Below are positions 12,601 to 24,565 of a stretch of 64,000 bases of DNA, one piece after another. Position 1 is the stretch's first letter; each line of letters opens with the position of its first letter. This DNA comes from Lama guanicoe (lineage: Eukaryota), in the NCBI GenBank assembly GCA_013239625.1, contig MU054323.1, positions 3,088,161 to 3,152,160 of the forward strand, written 5' to 3'. Made by a program: the position numbers and the translations under genes. The notes beneath the pieces were generated by a model. That model was not told where the DNA came from. It saw only the letters and a program-made list of their open reading frames with translations, and ran no database searches.

Positions 12601-12925
12601 AAGTCTCTGCCTGCCCATGACAGCGCTCTGGCTCACCCAGTGTTCTTTCCCTCTGTGAGAGGGAAAAAAGGCACAACGAATAACAATCCCCAAGATCGGA
12701 AGGCTGTTAGGGAAGTTTGGTCCTACTTCCCACTCTCCTCACAGACTAAACGTAGGCTTTCCAACAATGCCTCCAGCCGCTGCCCCATGAAGCCCCTTTG
12801 TCCTTCGAGAAATGAGCTTAGGACACAGGCTGAGGAGCAGAGATCATCCTGTTCTGTTCCCCACATGCCCAAGCTTCTGGGAAAGAAAACCCAGACCCCA
12901 CATGGGAGAAGGTGGCTTGACTTCT

Positions 12926-13078
12926 TATTTTATCTTTTGGTGGGGGTGGGGGGGCAGCAGGAAGGAGGTTATTAGGTTTATTTATTTATTTATTTATTTT
13001 AATGGAGGTACTGGGGATTGAACCCAGGACCTTGTGCATGCTAAGCACGTGCTCTACCACTGAGCTACACCCTCCCCC
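12926..13078 (-). mobile_element. tRNA-derived SINE, camelid vic-1 type
   Basis: Reverse copy of the same family; exact 12-bp TSD GGCTTGACTTCT at 12914-12925 and 13082-13093. Confidence 0.92.
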
Positions 13079-13149
13079 TACGGCTTGACTTCTAAGAACA
13101 ATTTCCCCTTAACAGCTCAAGAAACTGTTCCAGAAAGTGAGAAAGACAA

Positions 13150-13350
13150 TAACTGTAAGTGACCACTGAACATCAACCATGTGTCACCATTTGAGCCTGA
13201 CAACGATGCCTCCAGGGAGAATTCCCATTTAACAGATGAGAATACTGAGGCTCTGGGAGACTGCATGCCCAGTCCCAGGTAGTAGCCGCAGTGAGATGGT
13301 GAGTGGCAGATTCACGCATCAAAATCCCCATCTTAAGGCCACACTCCCAC
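13150..13350 (-). mobile_element. MIR SINE
   Basis: CCCATTTAACAGATGAGAATACTGAGGCTCTGGGAG reverse MIR core. Confidence 0.55.
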
Positions 13351-13589
13351 CACTTTCCTGCCGCTTGTTCATCTTGACCTCAGTAAATACCTGACCCCTA
13401 ACAGGCGTGAGCTCTCAAAGTGCATGAACAGTGGAAGTGACTCTAATATTCCGGAAGCACAAAAGAAGAGCATCTGTACAGCCTGGGTACACCTGGAAGT
13501 GGGGCTAATTGAGGCCCAGCGGCCACTGTAAAGATCATAATCATGATAATATAATAATAATATATTTTTGTTACTGTGAAGCCTTCCCT

Positions 13590-13682
13590 TTTTTCCCCCC
13601 TTAACGAAAGTACAGGGAATTAAACCCAGTACCTTGTGCACACCAATCATGCACTCTCCCACTGAGCTATACTCCCCACCCC
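13590..13682 (-). mobile_element. Short, more diverged vic-1-type SINE
   Basis: Reverse TATAGCTCAGTGGGAGAGTGCATG...GGGTTTAATTCC; TSD TGTGAAGCCTTCCCT (13575-13589) versus TATGAAGTCTTCCCT (13684-13698), 13/15 identical. Confidence 0.85.
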
Positions 13683-14149
13683 ATATGAAGTCTTCCCTGG
13701 TGCAGCAAAAACACTGGGCTTCTGGATATTCCCTTGTGGAGAGAATCCAAAACTTGATCCTGAGGGCCCAACTCACACTAAGGGGAAGGAAGGACGCTTC
13801 TTTCTAGTGCTGACTTCCCAAGTGAGACGCACGGAGCAGGTGGAGAGCTCCCAGCTCCCAGCAGGCCCAGGTCACAGAGCCACATCAGGCCAAGCCTCCT
13901 GCCCTCACCCCCTGGCCCCAGTCAGAGTGCCCCCATCCCCCGGGCTCCTCTAACCCTCCCCCGGGGAACACAGCAGCCCCCCAGAGCCAGGCCCCACAGA
14001 AGCTGCGGCTGTCCTGCCCAAGCGCAGCAGGTGCTGGACGCAGAGACACCCCAGTGCGGAGCGCACCCACCACAGGCCTCCCTCTGAGAGGCGGTCAAAA
14101 GCTCAGGCAGGATCAGAGTCACAGACAGGTGTCTGAGTCCTTGCGGTGG

Positions 14150-14300
14150 AACTCTGAGCCTTGGTTCCTTCTGTAAGTTGGGACAATACTAGTCCTCACT
14201 GCGAGAACCATTGTGAAGATTCAAACATACAAATGGCACAAAACTCTCAACATGGGGTCAGGTCCACAGTTGGTGCTCATTAAATGCTACCTATTGATAT
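14150..14300 (+). mobile_element. MIR SINE (3' half)
   Basis: CTCTGAGCCTTGGTTCCTTCTGTAAGTTGGGACAATACTAGT...TGTGAAGATTCAA...GTGCTCATTAAATGCTA. Confidence 0.65.
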
Positions 14301-15670
14301 GAGGATGATTAACTCCAAAGATTCAACACACCAGAAGGCCAAGGCACATCTGCCCCATTGTCCCCAACTGTCCTGAAACCCCCTCCCAGCCTCAGCCTGG
14401 CTCTCGGGTCCCCAACACATGCTCCACGAGAATGAAGTCACTCATTCAGGCCGCCTCTAACGTGGGCAGGGCCTGGGGCAAGAGGACAAGTGCGAGACTA
14501 TGGCCCACCCCTCCGTCCATCCCAGCTCCGGCTCCGTCCCACACCACCAGGGCCTTCGTGAGGGCCTCAGGTCTAGAGCTGCCCTGACTGGGCCTCAGGC
14601 AGGCCCTCGCAAGGTCCCCAAGCAGGCCTCAGGGCCATCTGGGCAGAGGATTCCAGGGCCCCTGGCACCAGCTGTTTGCAGGGGAGGGAGCCTGGCTCCA
14701 GGCTCCCTTTGGAAGCCTCACTTTGAACCCGTCCTCTGGGGAAGGGCACGGCCAGAGGAAGAACAAAGCAGAGACACGGGGTCCGTGGCCAGGACGGTTG
14801 CATTCACTTATTTATCCAGTACCTTCGCGAGTATCCTGTGCGTGCTAGGAATAGAGAGACAATAAGGCCCAGGGCCTGCTTGCAAGGAGCTCACACCCCA
14901 GGAGGTGATTGCTTCCTTATAACTGCAGTCAGGTGAGCCCCAGGGAGAGAGGCATCGAAGCACAAGGGTGGCCCAGCTCCAGAGAGCAGCAAACACCAGA
15001 GCAGAGGATGAAGAGGAGTCTTCTGGGGAGAAGGGAGGCCATGGCCTGCCAAGAGGTGGATGCGGGCATGGGGCTGAGAGAAGGGGCAGCACGGGCCATG
15101 GGGACTGGCACAGTCTGGGGTGCAGAGTGCAGGTGAGGGGGAGCTGGAGATGAGGCCCAGAAGGCAAAGAGGGGTGACCCGGGAAGGCCGTTTGGGCTGA
15201 ACGGTTCCAGGAGCATATCTGGACTCCAAATCCCAGCCCCCACTCTGCTGCCACCTGCAGTGTGATCTCTGCTCACCCACAGCCCCCCAGTCTCAGCTCC
15301 CCCATCTACAAGCTGGGGGCGCCTGAGAGCTCAGGACCCTGATGCTGGCACTGGGCTGGCTGGTGTATTACCCAGTCTCCCCTTTCCTGCTGAGAGACAG
15401 CTGATTAGAGCACATTTCCAGATGGATCTCCAGCAACTCCAGATCCGCAAAGGAACAAATGTGCAAAGTGGTTCCAGCTCTTTCTTTCCTATAACAGCTA
15501 GAGAAAAATTGCTCTGCTCTCTCCCTCCCTAGGTCCCTCTGCCCTATACAGGGCCAAATCCTCCACCTCCAGGCCCTGCTCTGGTCCCAGCTCCTCTGGG
15601 AAGCTTCCTCAAGCCTGCTTCACAGTCCCTCCTAGTGCTGGGCCCCGCCCAAGCTCTGAGCCCGACTCAC

Positions 15671-15757
15671 CTCAGTCGTAGGCTACCTGGGGACAGTGGC
15701 CAGTCTGCCCCTTCTCAGTACAAAAACTCATCCCCACTCAGCATGGCTGGCACAGAA
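15671..15757 (-). other. Candidate 87-nt non-coding exon containing a 9-codon uORF
   Basis: Acceptor tgtttgttcactcatgtcccttgtctgtccag|TTC, donor GAG|gtgagt; stops in all three frames; GCCAGCCATG opens MLSGDEFLY* (15744-15715). Confidence 0.45.
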
Positions 15758-17168
15758 CTGGACAGACAAGGGACATGAGTGAACAAACACATGCTAAAGA
15801 GAGGCATCGGCATCCCAGAGAAGCGGCACATCCATGGAGTGCCCCACATACTGCCTGCAGGCCCTGAGCCTGTGGGCCACTCAGCTGCTAGTGGCACTTG
15901 GGGAGGCCAGACTGAGCGGTAACCCTCAGCCCTTCTACCTTCTCCACGTCTTATCATTGTCCCTGAAATAGCCCTGGCACCACATGTGGACCATTCACCT
16001 CACAGAGGCCTATTGCCAAGTAACAGAGAACTGGAAAGATGCTCTAAGAGCAGCTAGTCCAACCTCATCACTTCCCAGATAGGAGGACAGAGGCCCCAGG
16101 GGGTGAGGTCTCACCCAGCTCACTCCAGGTACTAACAGAAAACTTCCATTTGAATCTCTTGCCCCTGTGGCTCAATCCTGCACCCCTGCTCAATGCCAGT
16201 GCCTCCCTGAGAACATCTGTGGCAGCTTCAGCCCCCAGGCATCTGCAGCTCCGGACAACATCCAGCCCCCACCAGCCCGTGGCTTAAGCTTACTGAGCTG
16301 AAAGGGGCTGAGCCTCGGGCTGATTGTTGCAGGCCAGCTGAACCCTGAGCCCTCCACCGCCAACGCCTATCCCTTCCTGGGGCACAGTCCCATGCTACCA
16401 AGGGGCTAGCTCAATCCATCCAGAAGGCCCCTCAGAACCACTGGTACCTCATTTCCTTAGCTCAGAGAGTGACACTATGAAACAGGAAAAGCAACTTCTC
16501 CAAAACTTGAGGACATATCAGAACTACAGATTTAGAAATTCCTAGAGAACGGAAGGCAGAAAATCACATGACCTTTTCAGGCCTACTTTCCTACAGCTGA
16601 TGATTCAGTCAATGAGGTGGAGGGTCCTCAGGATTAGGGTATAAGGAAGTGGGTGAGACGCCTACCGCCCTCTTCCTCCGATCAGTAAGCCCCGGGCCTG
16701 CTTCATACCTCCCCAAAGCATCACCCTCCTCTCAGCCTACACCTACCCACCAACTCCCAGCCTCGTCGCACACGGCTCCTCAAACACACACTGCTGCACA
16801 CAGTGGGGTCTCTGCTCAATCCCTTGCTTATATCTCCATAAATGCAACACGGAGCCCTCCAGGAAGGCAATACCCTAGGTCTCAAAAAGAACCTAGTAGG
16901 GTAAAGGAAGGCAGCCCAAGAAGACAGAGCAACCTGGTCACAGGCAAGGAGGCAGAAACCTGCCATGCACAGCAGGAAACAGCATGACCCGGCCCGTGTA
17001 GCCGGGGGGTGAGGGAGCAGCAGAGATGAAATGAAAATTGTAGCTCGAGGTCAGATCACTGAGGGTCCCTAATACCAGGCTGAGAATCTATGCAAGGCAT
17101 GGGTTTGGGTTAGAATTGAAGCTATACTCAGTTTATCTTGGGCTACCCCAGGGCAGCCTCTGGAGTCT

Positions 17169-18477
17169 TGGGTCATGACTGTGGCCCAAGGACCAAGGCT
17201 GTCTAGGCCTATATGCCAAACATACCTTCAGCTACCAGACCCGAGCTCAAGGGTCACCTGCTCTCTGCAGTTTTACTGACCACCCAGATCCTTCCTTGAC
17301 TCAAGGGACCTCTGCAGAGTCAATTACAGCACCTGAGGCACTTCATTGTGCTCGACGGTTGGTATTTCTATCTCCTCCCATACCCTGAGTCTTTCAGGTG
17401 GAAAGACTATGTATGTCTTATTTATCTCTGTATCTCTAGAGCCCAGCAAAATGACTGGCATAACATGCTTGCTCAAAGGACGAGTGGATGCATAGGTGGA
17501 TGGATGGCCCAGACGAACAGATGGATGGATGGTAAAGCCTGCCTTGAACAGTCAGAATTTGTGGAAAAGACCTTTAGTTTCCAGCAGTCATAGACTCCAT
17601 GGACATACCCTAAAGTTACCAGTTGCCAAAACTCTAAAATGCATAAAAGTATTTGACCCAATTATCTTGGTTTTCCCAGTCCCCTTTCCTCTGTCTGGCT
17701 ATCTATCCCAGTGGTGCCTAAATCCCTTGGCAGGCTCCTCACTAGAGCCGGGCTGGGGCATTGGGCCCAGCCTCCAAAAGACATCATGGGAGAGGAAGAG
17801 CCACGGCTGGATCCTGGCACCAGAGCATCCCTTTAGTAATTACATGATTCCAGACAGACATAAATAGACAGATTAGCCTTTCTGCATTTTTCTCATAAAA
17901 ATAACAACAGTTCCTAAGCACACTGGCATGAGTGTGGACATTAAGCATTGCAACCTGCTGTTCTTGGCAGTCGAGGCCTGGCCTTCCTTGCTGCCCCCCC
18001 CCACCATCTCCTCCTCCTCCTCCTCAGGCTCTTGGAGGGCTCCTCATGCCTGGCTCTATCCACCCCTCTTGCCCCAGAGCAGGTTGGCAGCCAAGCCCTG
18101 AGCCTGGCTAAGGACTTTTATTAGCATCATGTCCATGGTTTGCTGTTCTCTTGGCTGGATCTTTATCTGCTTTTAGTCATTATGTAACTAGAAATCCTGT
18201 ACACACAGTGAAATAATTATACACCCCATCCGGTACTAGAGGAGATAGGGAGAACGTCTGCTCTGTATCTGCCCTGACCTAGAAGAGCAGTCTCCAAGGT
18301 GAGACTTCACACAAACAGATATGTGACCTCTCTCCCTCCCCCTCCCCTTTCTCCTCCTCCTTTTCCCTCTTCCTCTCTCCCTCCTTCACTTTCTTGCTAT
18401 CACACTCCCTTATTATTTTTCGTTTCTCCTCTGGGACCCATGCTAACCCTGGGTCATGACTGTGGCCCAAGGACCAA
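17169..18477 (+). repeat. Exact 28-bp dispersed direct repeat (17169-17196 and 18450-18477)
   Basis: TGGGTCATGACTGTGGCCCAAGGACCAA occurs twice, 1281 bp apart. Confidence 0.95.
17225..17500 (+). mobile_element. LINE-2 3' fragment
   Basis: GCTCAAGGGTCACCTGCTCT...TCTGTATCTCTAGAGCCCAGCAAAATGACTGGCATAAC followed by a (TGGA)n-like tail. Confidence 0.55.
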
Positions 18478-18984
18478 AGCAGCTACTCCTCTGTCTCTCT
18501 CCCCTACACCTGACCTTGACCCCTCAGGCTCAGGGCTCCAGAACCAGAGGCAGAACACTGGAGCCTGGAGTACTGATTACCAAGACCCTCCTCTCTCAGG
18601 TGCATAAATTCCCCAAGTCCTCCTGGCAGATACAGATCCAGCCAGGCCGCTGGCCGCAGGTCAAGTGTCCGGAAGTGATTGTCAGATGGCCATCACTCCC
18701 TCTGGAGACAAAAAATAACCAGAATTGCTTGCAGGCCACTGAAAATTTCATTTTCTTTTCCGTGTGATGCTATTCCTCCTCGTGGCCTCCTCCAGAAAGG
18801 TCCAGAACAAGGTGTGGGAGTTTGATCAGGCTATGTACCCCACACCCAATCAACTATGCAAGGAATCTCATGAGGGCCATGCCGCTAAGTGAAAAGAAAG
18901 GGGAATCTGAAGTCAGAGGCCTTAGGCTCAAGCCCCAGCTCCCTCCACTCACCAGCTGTGAGATTTGGGCACGTCTCAAAAACA

Positions 18985-19150
18985 ATTTCTAATATAACAT
19001 TTTGATCATTGCCAAATGCTGGTGAAAAATAGTATCTCAGTATGATTTGACTTACTCTTGTTTTTAGTGGACAAGAGAATCTTTTCATATTTTTGTGACC
19101 ATGTATATTTCCTTTTCTGTCTGTAATTTTTGCCCATTGTTTTATTGTCA
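18985..19150 (-). mobile_element. Old L1 (L1ME-like) fragment
   Basis: TTGCCAAATGCTGGTGAAAAATAGTATCTCAGTATGATTTG...TTTTGCCCATTGTTTTATTG is the reverse L1 ORF2 3' region. Confidence 0.55.
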
Positions 19151-19369
19151 CTGGATTGAGTCACAGGACCTTTACCTTGGAACTTCAGAGGGTCGGTCCA
19201 AAAACCTCCAAAAATTGAATATAAATGTTGTATAAGTAAGCGGGCATTCGTTTTTCTTGACAATTGCTTCATTGCTTTTATCAAATTCTCAGGTCTGTAA
19301 ACTTTAAAAGTTAACAACCTGTGGATGAGATCACCACCAAGAAACTTCCAGGAGTTAACAATCATTCTC

Positions 19370-21146
19370 ATGGACCCATAAATGTGGCCACGTTTAGGGC
19401 CCGAGCATCACCAGGCTCTCATCTGTGCACAGCACTGGCTCTACAGTCAGAGGACACTCTAAAGGCCTGGCTTTGCAAATCCAAAATGAGTTCGCTACAC
19501 ACATTCCACCTGCAGTTCAGGTGTGCTACTCCTCGGTGGGAGGGTGGTGCCCAAGTGGTATCATCACCATTCACTTCAAAAAACTACAGTTCCCATGGTC
19601 TGGAAATTGAGTGAGAGACTATGACTTTCTATTTGTGTTGCCCCAACCAATTCGGGGCTTTGTTCATTAGATCTAAAATCTCTCCCAGTTACATAGATCA
19701 AGTAAAGCTCTCATTGGCTACCCACCTAGTCACCCCTAGGGATGTCTTGATAATTAGACACAATGGGATTCTGATTACTACTCTAGTCCTGCTGTGGGCT
19801 TCATTAACCACAATCACCTTGTTTCTAGAGAGTAAATACTGACCTTTGGCATTTACCACTCTGGGATCCTATTGTCCCCAGTGAAATGAAGAAAACCTTC
19901 TCAATGGCAGTGTCTGCCCCCCCATCAACCCCTGCCTGCAGAGAATAACCATCACAAAGCTTTTCAAAGCCACTGATACTTCTATCAGCAATATATTTCT
20001 CAATGACTTTGTAAAAATACTGACGTTAGGCGACCCCTCCCATAAGGGGTTGCGTGACTAGGTTGCACATGATAAACCCTTTCCAACATTCCAGTCTCTT
20101 TTAGCCTTTGGCTTTCTTTGTCTGCATTATACCAAGGAAGTCCTGACATCTCAGTTTCATTTAGCACAGGCCACCACTGAGTCCAGGTTTAAGTCAAAAA
20201 GAAAATAAATTGTTGTAGTCACTCTGAGCCGCTCAAACTAACATATTAAATCAAGAATCTCTGGTTAATACATACATCTTGATAAATCCGGCCCAATCCA
20301 ACATTACATAGTTGGATTCCTCCCTAGTCTGTCTCCTTGTAATTCTTCTGGTACATATGCTTTCTCCTCCCGGGTCTCAGCGCATTCTCATCCCCCTTAG
20401 TCATGCTAGGATCTGCCTTAGTTATAGATCTGGAGGCAATGAGGGGCAGTGAGTGTACTGGGAATACATCTTAAAGAGACTCAGCACCATATGCTCTTCA
20501 ATCAAGTAGAAAGAAGACCCCTCATAGAGTGACGGGGAAGGCTGCTTCTAATGGCAAAGTAGGCACAGAGAGATTGGGGAAGTAGGTGAAGCTACTCTGA
20601 TTCAGCTCAATCTGCCCAAATGTCCCCATCCCAATTCTCGGATCTCACTCTTTCTTGAACAATGTCCCCACTTGCCCATAAGAAATCTGGTGCAGCCGTG
20701 AATTGTATTGTGCTACTATCTAAGACCTCACAATCAAACTTTATAAAAAGTAATTCATTTAGGACAAATACAGAAGCACCCTGATTCTCTGGCCATGAAC
20801 TGAGCTGAGAAGGTAAGACCCTGAGATTATTCATTTCTTTCTTTCCAGTGCAATCAGAAATAGCCAACCTGCCCACATCCCAGCACTCCTCACACTGCAT
20901 TTCCACCATAACATTCTGTAGCCGCAGCCATTTAATCTGCCAAAGTTTTGCCCTCCATAAGCACTTTAATTCTAGGCAACTTCAAGTGTCTAAAGACCAT
21001 TTGTTAACATAAGCCATGCATTATCAGTATTTCACTTTCTATTGACAAGAAGGTCATCCCTGGCTCAAACCTAACCTGAAGGGATAACCAACCCATCTCC
21101 CCATCTTCAAAGGTCTGTTTTCTCAAAGTTCTTGTGGTGTCAAGTG
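19370..21146 (-). mobile_element. ERVL/MaLR-class internal region with decayed gag
   Basis: Minus-strand translation near 20040-19925 gives FTKSLRNILLIEVSVALKSFVMVILCRQGL, followed after a frameshift by FISLGTIGSQSGK; compare ERVL gag FTKALRNALVRGAPASLKSSVVALLCRPGL...GMIGSQ. Many disruptions. Confidence 0.8.
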
Positions 21147-21400
21147 CTGAATCAGTCAGGAGCCAATCAGGAAAATGAAAATTGTTCTAGGTATATCAAG
21201 CAGAAAGTAATTTCATACAAAACATGTAGACGTTTATAGAACTGTGAGAATGGAATAGAATAAAATCAGAGAAGACCACCATTAGCTCTTAGGCATACCA
21301 CTAGCTTTCAGAGAGTCTGGAAGTTGTAGGAATCACACAAAACCACAAAAGATGATCTGGGCAGGAAAACGCCCACAGAATCTCCTTTCTATCTAGGCTC
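21147..21400 (-). mobile_element. LTR fragment adjoining the ERVL internal region
   Basis: Minus strand ends ...CCTGACTGATTCA, like ERVL-class LTR 3' ends, immediately before the internal sequence; right boundary uncertain. Confidence 0.45.
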
Positions 21401-21953
21401 AGTGGAGTGAACAATGAATAAACTTTCCATTCTCTGTTATAATTTTTCTGCTGAAAAATCTGTAATACAATTAGGAATCTGGGCAAAGATACTATGCTGT
21501 TTTAACATTACATACTTAAAGTATTATACACTTTACAAAAGCAAAGGCCAAAACAAGTTGACATAGTTCTCTCTGGCTCCTCTGGGGCTCAGGACTAGGA
21601 AGAGCTCAGATTTCTAAAGTCTTAAAGTCACCTGCTCACTTGACTTTGGGTTTTGTTTTAATTGTTTTCACGTGGACTCACAACTGCCTTGTCCACAGTT
21701 TTGGGATTTCCAGCAGCTTCCCCAGCCTTTCTTCCACCAAGGCCATCACTTTCCTAGAGAAAAGCTTTTATCTTTGATAACCACTTTCTACTACTCCCTG
21801 AAAGAAGGCCTGTGAGCTCTCTTCATAAACCCCAAATTGGGTCTGTGAGAGCCTGATACTCCAGAATGTTCTATTCTCCTGCACAGAAATCGCTCTGCAC
21901 CAGAATTCACATAAACTCACAATGACTCCGACGTACCCTCGGGCGTTGACACC

Positions 21954-22368
21954 TGCAGTCACGGCTCTCCAGAGAAGCAGAACCAACACGGTATGTATGT
22001 ATATGTATGGAGAGAGAGATTTATTGTAAAGAACTGGCTCACACAATTGTGGAGGCTTGGCAAGTCCAAAATCTACAGGGTAGGCCAGCAACTGGAGATC
22101 CAGGGAACAGTTACAGTTTGTGGCCAGAGACCATCTGCTAGAAGAATTCCTTCTCACTTCAGGGAGGTCAATCTTTTTCTATTAAGGCTTTCTAATGACG
22201 GGATGAGGCCCACCCACATCCTGGAAGGAATCTGCTTTCCTCAAAGTCTTCTGATTTAAATGTTAGTCTCATCCAAAAATACCTTCACAGAAACGTCTAA
22301 AATAATGTTTGACCAAACATCTGAGTACCATGGTGCAGACATGTTGACACATGAAATTAACCATCACA
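21954..22368 (-). mobile_element. MLT2 (ERVL) solo LTR
   Basis: TCTCCAGAGAAGCAGAACCAA...GAACTGGCTCACACAATTGTGGAGGCT...TTGACACATGAAATTAACCATCACA is the reverse complement of the MLT2 consensus (begins TGTGATGGTTAAT). Confidence 0.9.
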
Positions 22369-22605
22369 CCTCCTCCAGAAAGCCTTTCTAGGTGCCGACT
22401 CACTGAACTGCCTTGGAACATATCCTTCCTCCCTTGCAGCATCCCCAGGCCTCCTGGGTGTTAGGGTATTCTATAAACATGTCACATCTCACCTACTTGG
22501 AGCCTCAAAGACAGAATCACTTCTGTGTCATCTTTGCAGCTTACTGCCCAGCCCCAAATGAGCAGAAATCACTCAGTAAGTGTTTGTGAAATGAAAGAGT
22601 GAATG
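22369..22605 (+). mobile_element. LINE-2 3' fragment
   Basis: CCTCCTCCAGAAAGCCTTTC...CACTCAGTAAGTGTTTGTGAAATGAAAGAGTGAATGA. Confidence 0.55.
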
Positions 22606-24364
22606 ATCACTGCAAGAGCTGGGAGCTTACAGCCCAGAGACTGATCCTAGTTCCGCTCTCGACAGGGTCTTGCTCTCTCAGAATATCTGAACAGACATTT
22701 GAATGTACATGAAGCAGAGTTTTAAGGCAGACCCTGTGTGATTGCTTCGAGAGGACAGGAGGCACACGTGAGATCAGTTAAAGATTACAGAGCACCAGCC
22801 TCACTTAATACCAAGTTGGTATCACCAATCATGCCTTGAAAAAACTTCTGTGGGTCCTTCTGCTGATTATCTCTCAATGAGTCACTGCTAAGGGACAGGC
22901 ACACTGACTAAAACCACCTCTAAGTCAGAGTCTAAACACTGGTAGGAATCCTCTTGCTTCTCACTCTGGTCCAGGTGACTGACTTCTTCCTGCAAAGTAA
23001 ACACATCAGGCTCCCAAACCACACCCTTGCTGTCAGAAGGGGCTCGTGCAGAAAGGCATTCACTGCGGGGCTCCGACGGTTCCCTGTCCCGCCAAGTCAC
23101 TGACTGGCTTCCCCAGACATTGGTCATCGTGCCAGCAGGTCCCACTGAGAGCCGTCTCCTCATGTCCTGATGTTCAGACAGACTCAGGGAGGGGAGTGTG
23201 AACATGACATATGCAGCAATGTGGCCATAAGCCAGGGACATCCAGAGCCCGGCCTGTTCTTTTGGGGGGTGAAGACAGACCTGGCATTCGCGGCAGGGGG
23301 ACGCTAGATTTCCCCAGCAAATTCCAGACCACTCTGCTGGGAGCCTCAGAAACTTCCAGGCTCTGAGGTTACTTGACAAGTGTTGGGTGGAGGGCCAAGG
23401 AGCCACAAGGCCAGGAAGGAGAGAAGGAAAGAGAGCTGGTGCAAGAATGGCCTGAGTGGGAAGGGACCTCTCCCACCATCCAGATTCCTGGACTCTGATG
23501 ATGGATGGAGCAAGCGTTGCCCCTCACGGGTGCGGGGGGAGCAGCACAGATCTGGAGTCAGATCTGCCTCTTATCAGCCGGGAGACTCTCAGCAAGGTCT
23601 CTGGATGTCCTGGTCTGTGTCACAATGGAGAGCAGCCAGTCCTCTGGCGATTAAATGATGCCTGGGTTTCTGCTTCCAGGACCACAGCTCTAGTTCTCAT
23701 TAGAGAACTGGATGCTCCCTCTCACTCCCCACCCACCCCAACAGCACAAACTAAGCCCAGGGCCAGGCACACAGATCCCTCCATCAATTGCTCTTTGACT
23801 GACCAACTAAGAAAAGGCTTCCGAAGGGAAAACATGGTTTTCTCTTGGCTGCGGGGTTAACAACCTGAGGATATCCCAAGACCCTGGACTCTAAACTGTA
23901 GTGAAATGGGCCAGGTGCTTTCCTCAGTGGTGTTCTGCTGGTAGGTTTCCTCTGGACCAGAGAGCAGGGCCTACTCCTTCTCCTGCCCCACCCTCCCAGC
24001 TGAGAACAGGACCAGACACCAGCTGGGTGCTTCGTGAAGAATGGGCAGACACAGACAGATGGATGGCAAAGGGGCCCGGTCTCTGCAGATCATGCTCGGT
24101 CCAGACTGGCTGCTTCTTTCCCAGCCTCCATTGCCGAGCTTTGTTTTGCAGGGACGTGGACTGGTGAGCTCAGAACTCCACATACTTCCCCGGTGAGCTT
24201 CAGCTCACTCTTCACCATTAATCTCCAGGAGGTTGGCTCCCCAAGTGGCTCCATTTCCAGTTTTATCTGAAATAAAAATAGACTTTTGCAAACATTCCAG
24301 CCTTTGGGTCATCGGTTCACCGGCTTCATCCAGCCCTGGCTGGGGTTCCTCTCTCTGAGCTCAC

Positions 24365-24565
24365 TTGGAGCACCAGGGCTGCCCGGGCACAGTCAGCTGG
24401 TTGACCCTGTGGCTTCACTCCATACAGCATGTTCTGATGGTCCTTGGACATGAAGCAATTCAGAAACACTGATGCCAACCATCCAGACACCTTAAACCGC
24501 GGCCAAGGCGCAGGCCCCTGAAGCCAATGAGGTCCCTCTTGGGGCATGATTCGGTCATCACGTAG
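24365..24565 (-). promoter_or_regulatory. Candidate promoter plus first exon (possible 29-aa N-terminus)
   Basis: TACGTG (24564-24559), NF-Y box AGCCAATGA (CCAAT 24524-24528), TATA-like TTTAAG (24496-24491), ATG at 24451 reading MSKDHQNMLYGVKPQGQPADCARAALVLQ to donor CAA|gtgagc at 24365. Confidence 0.4.
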
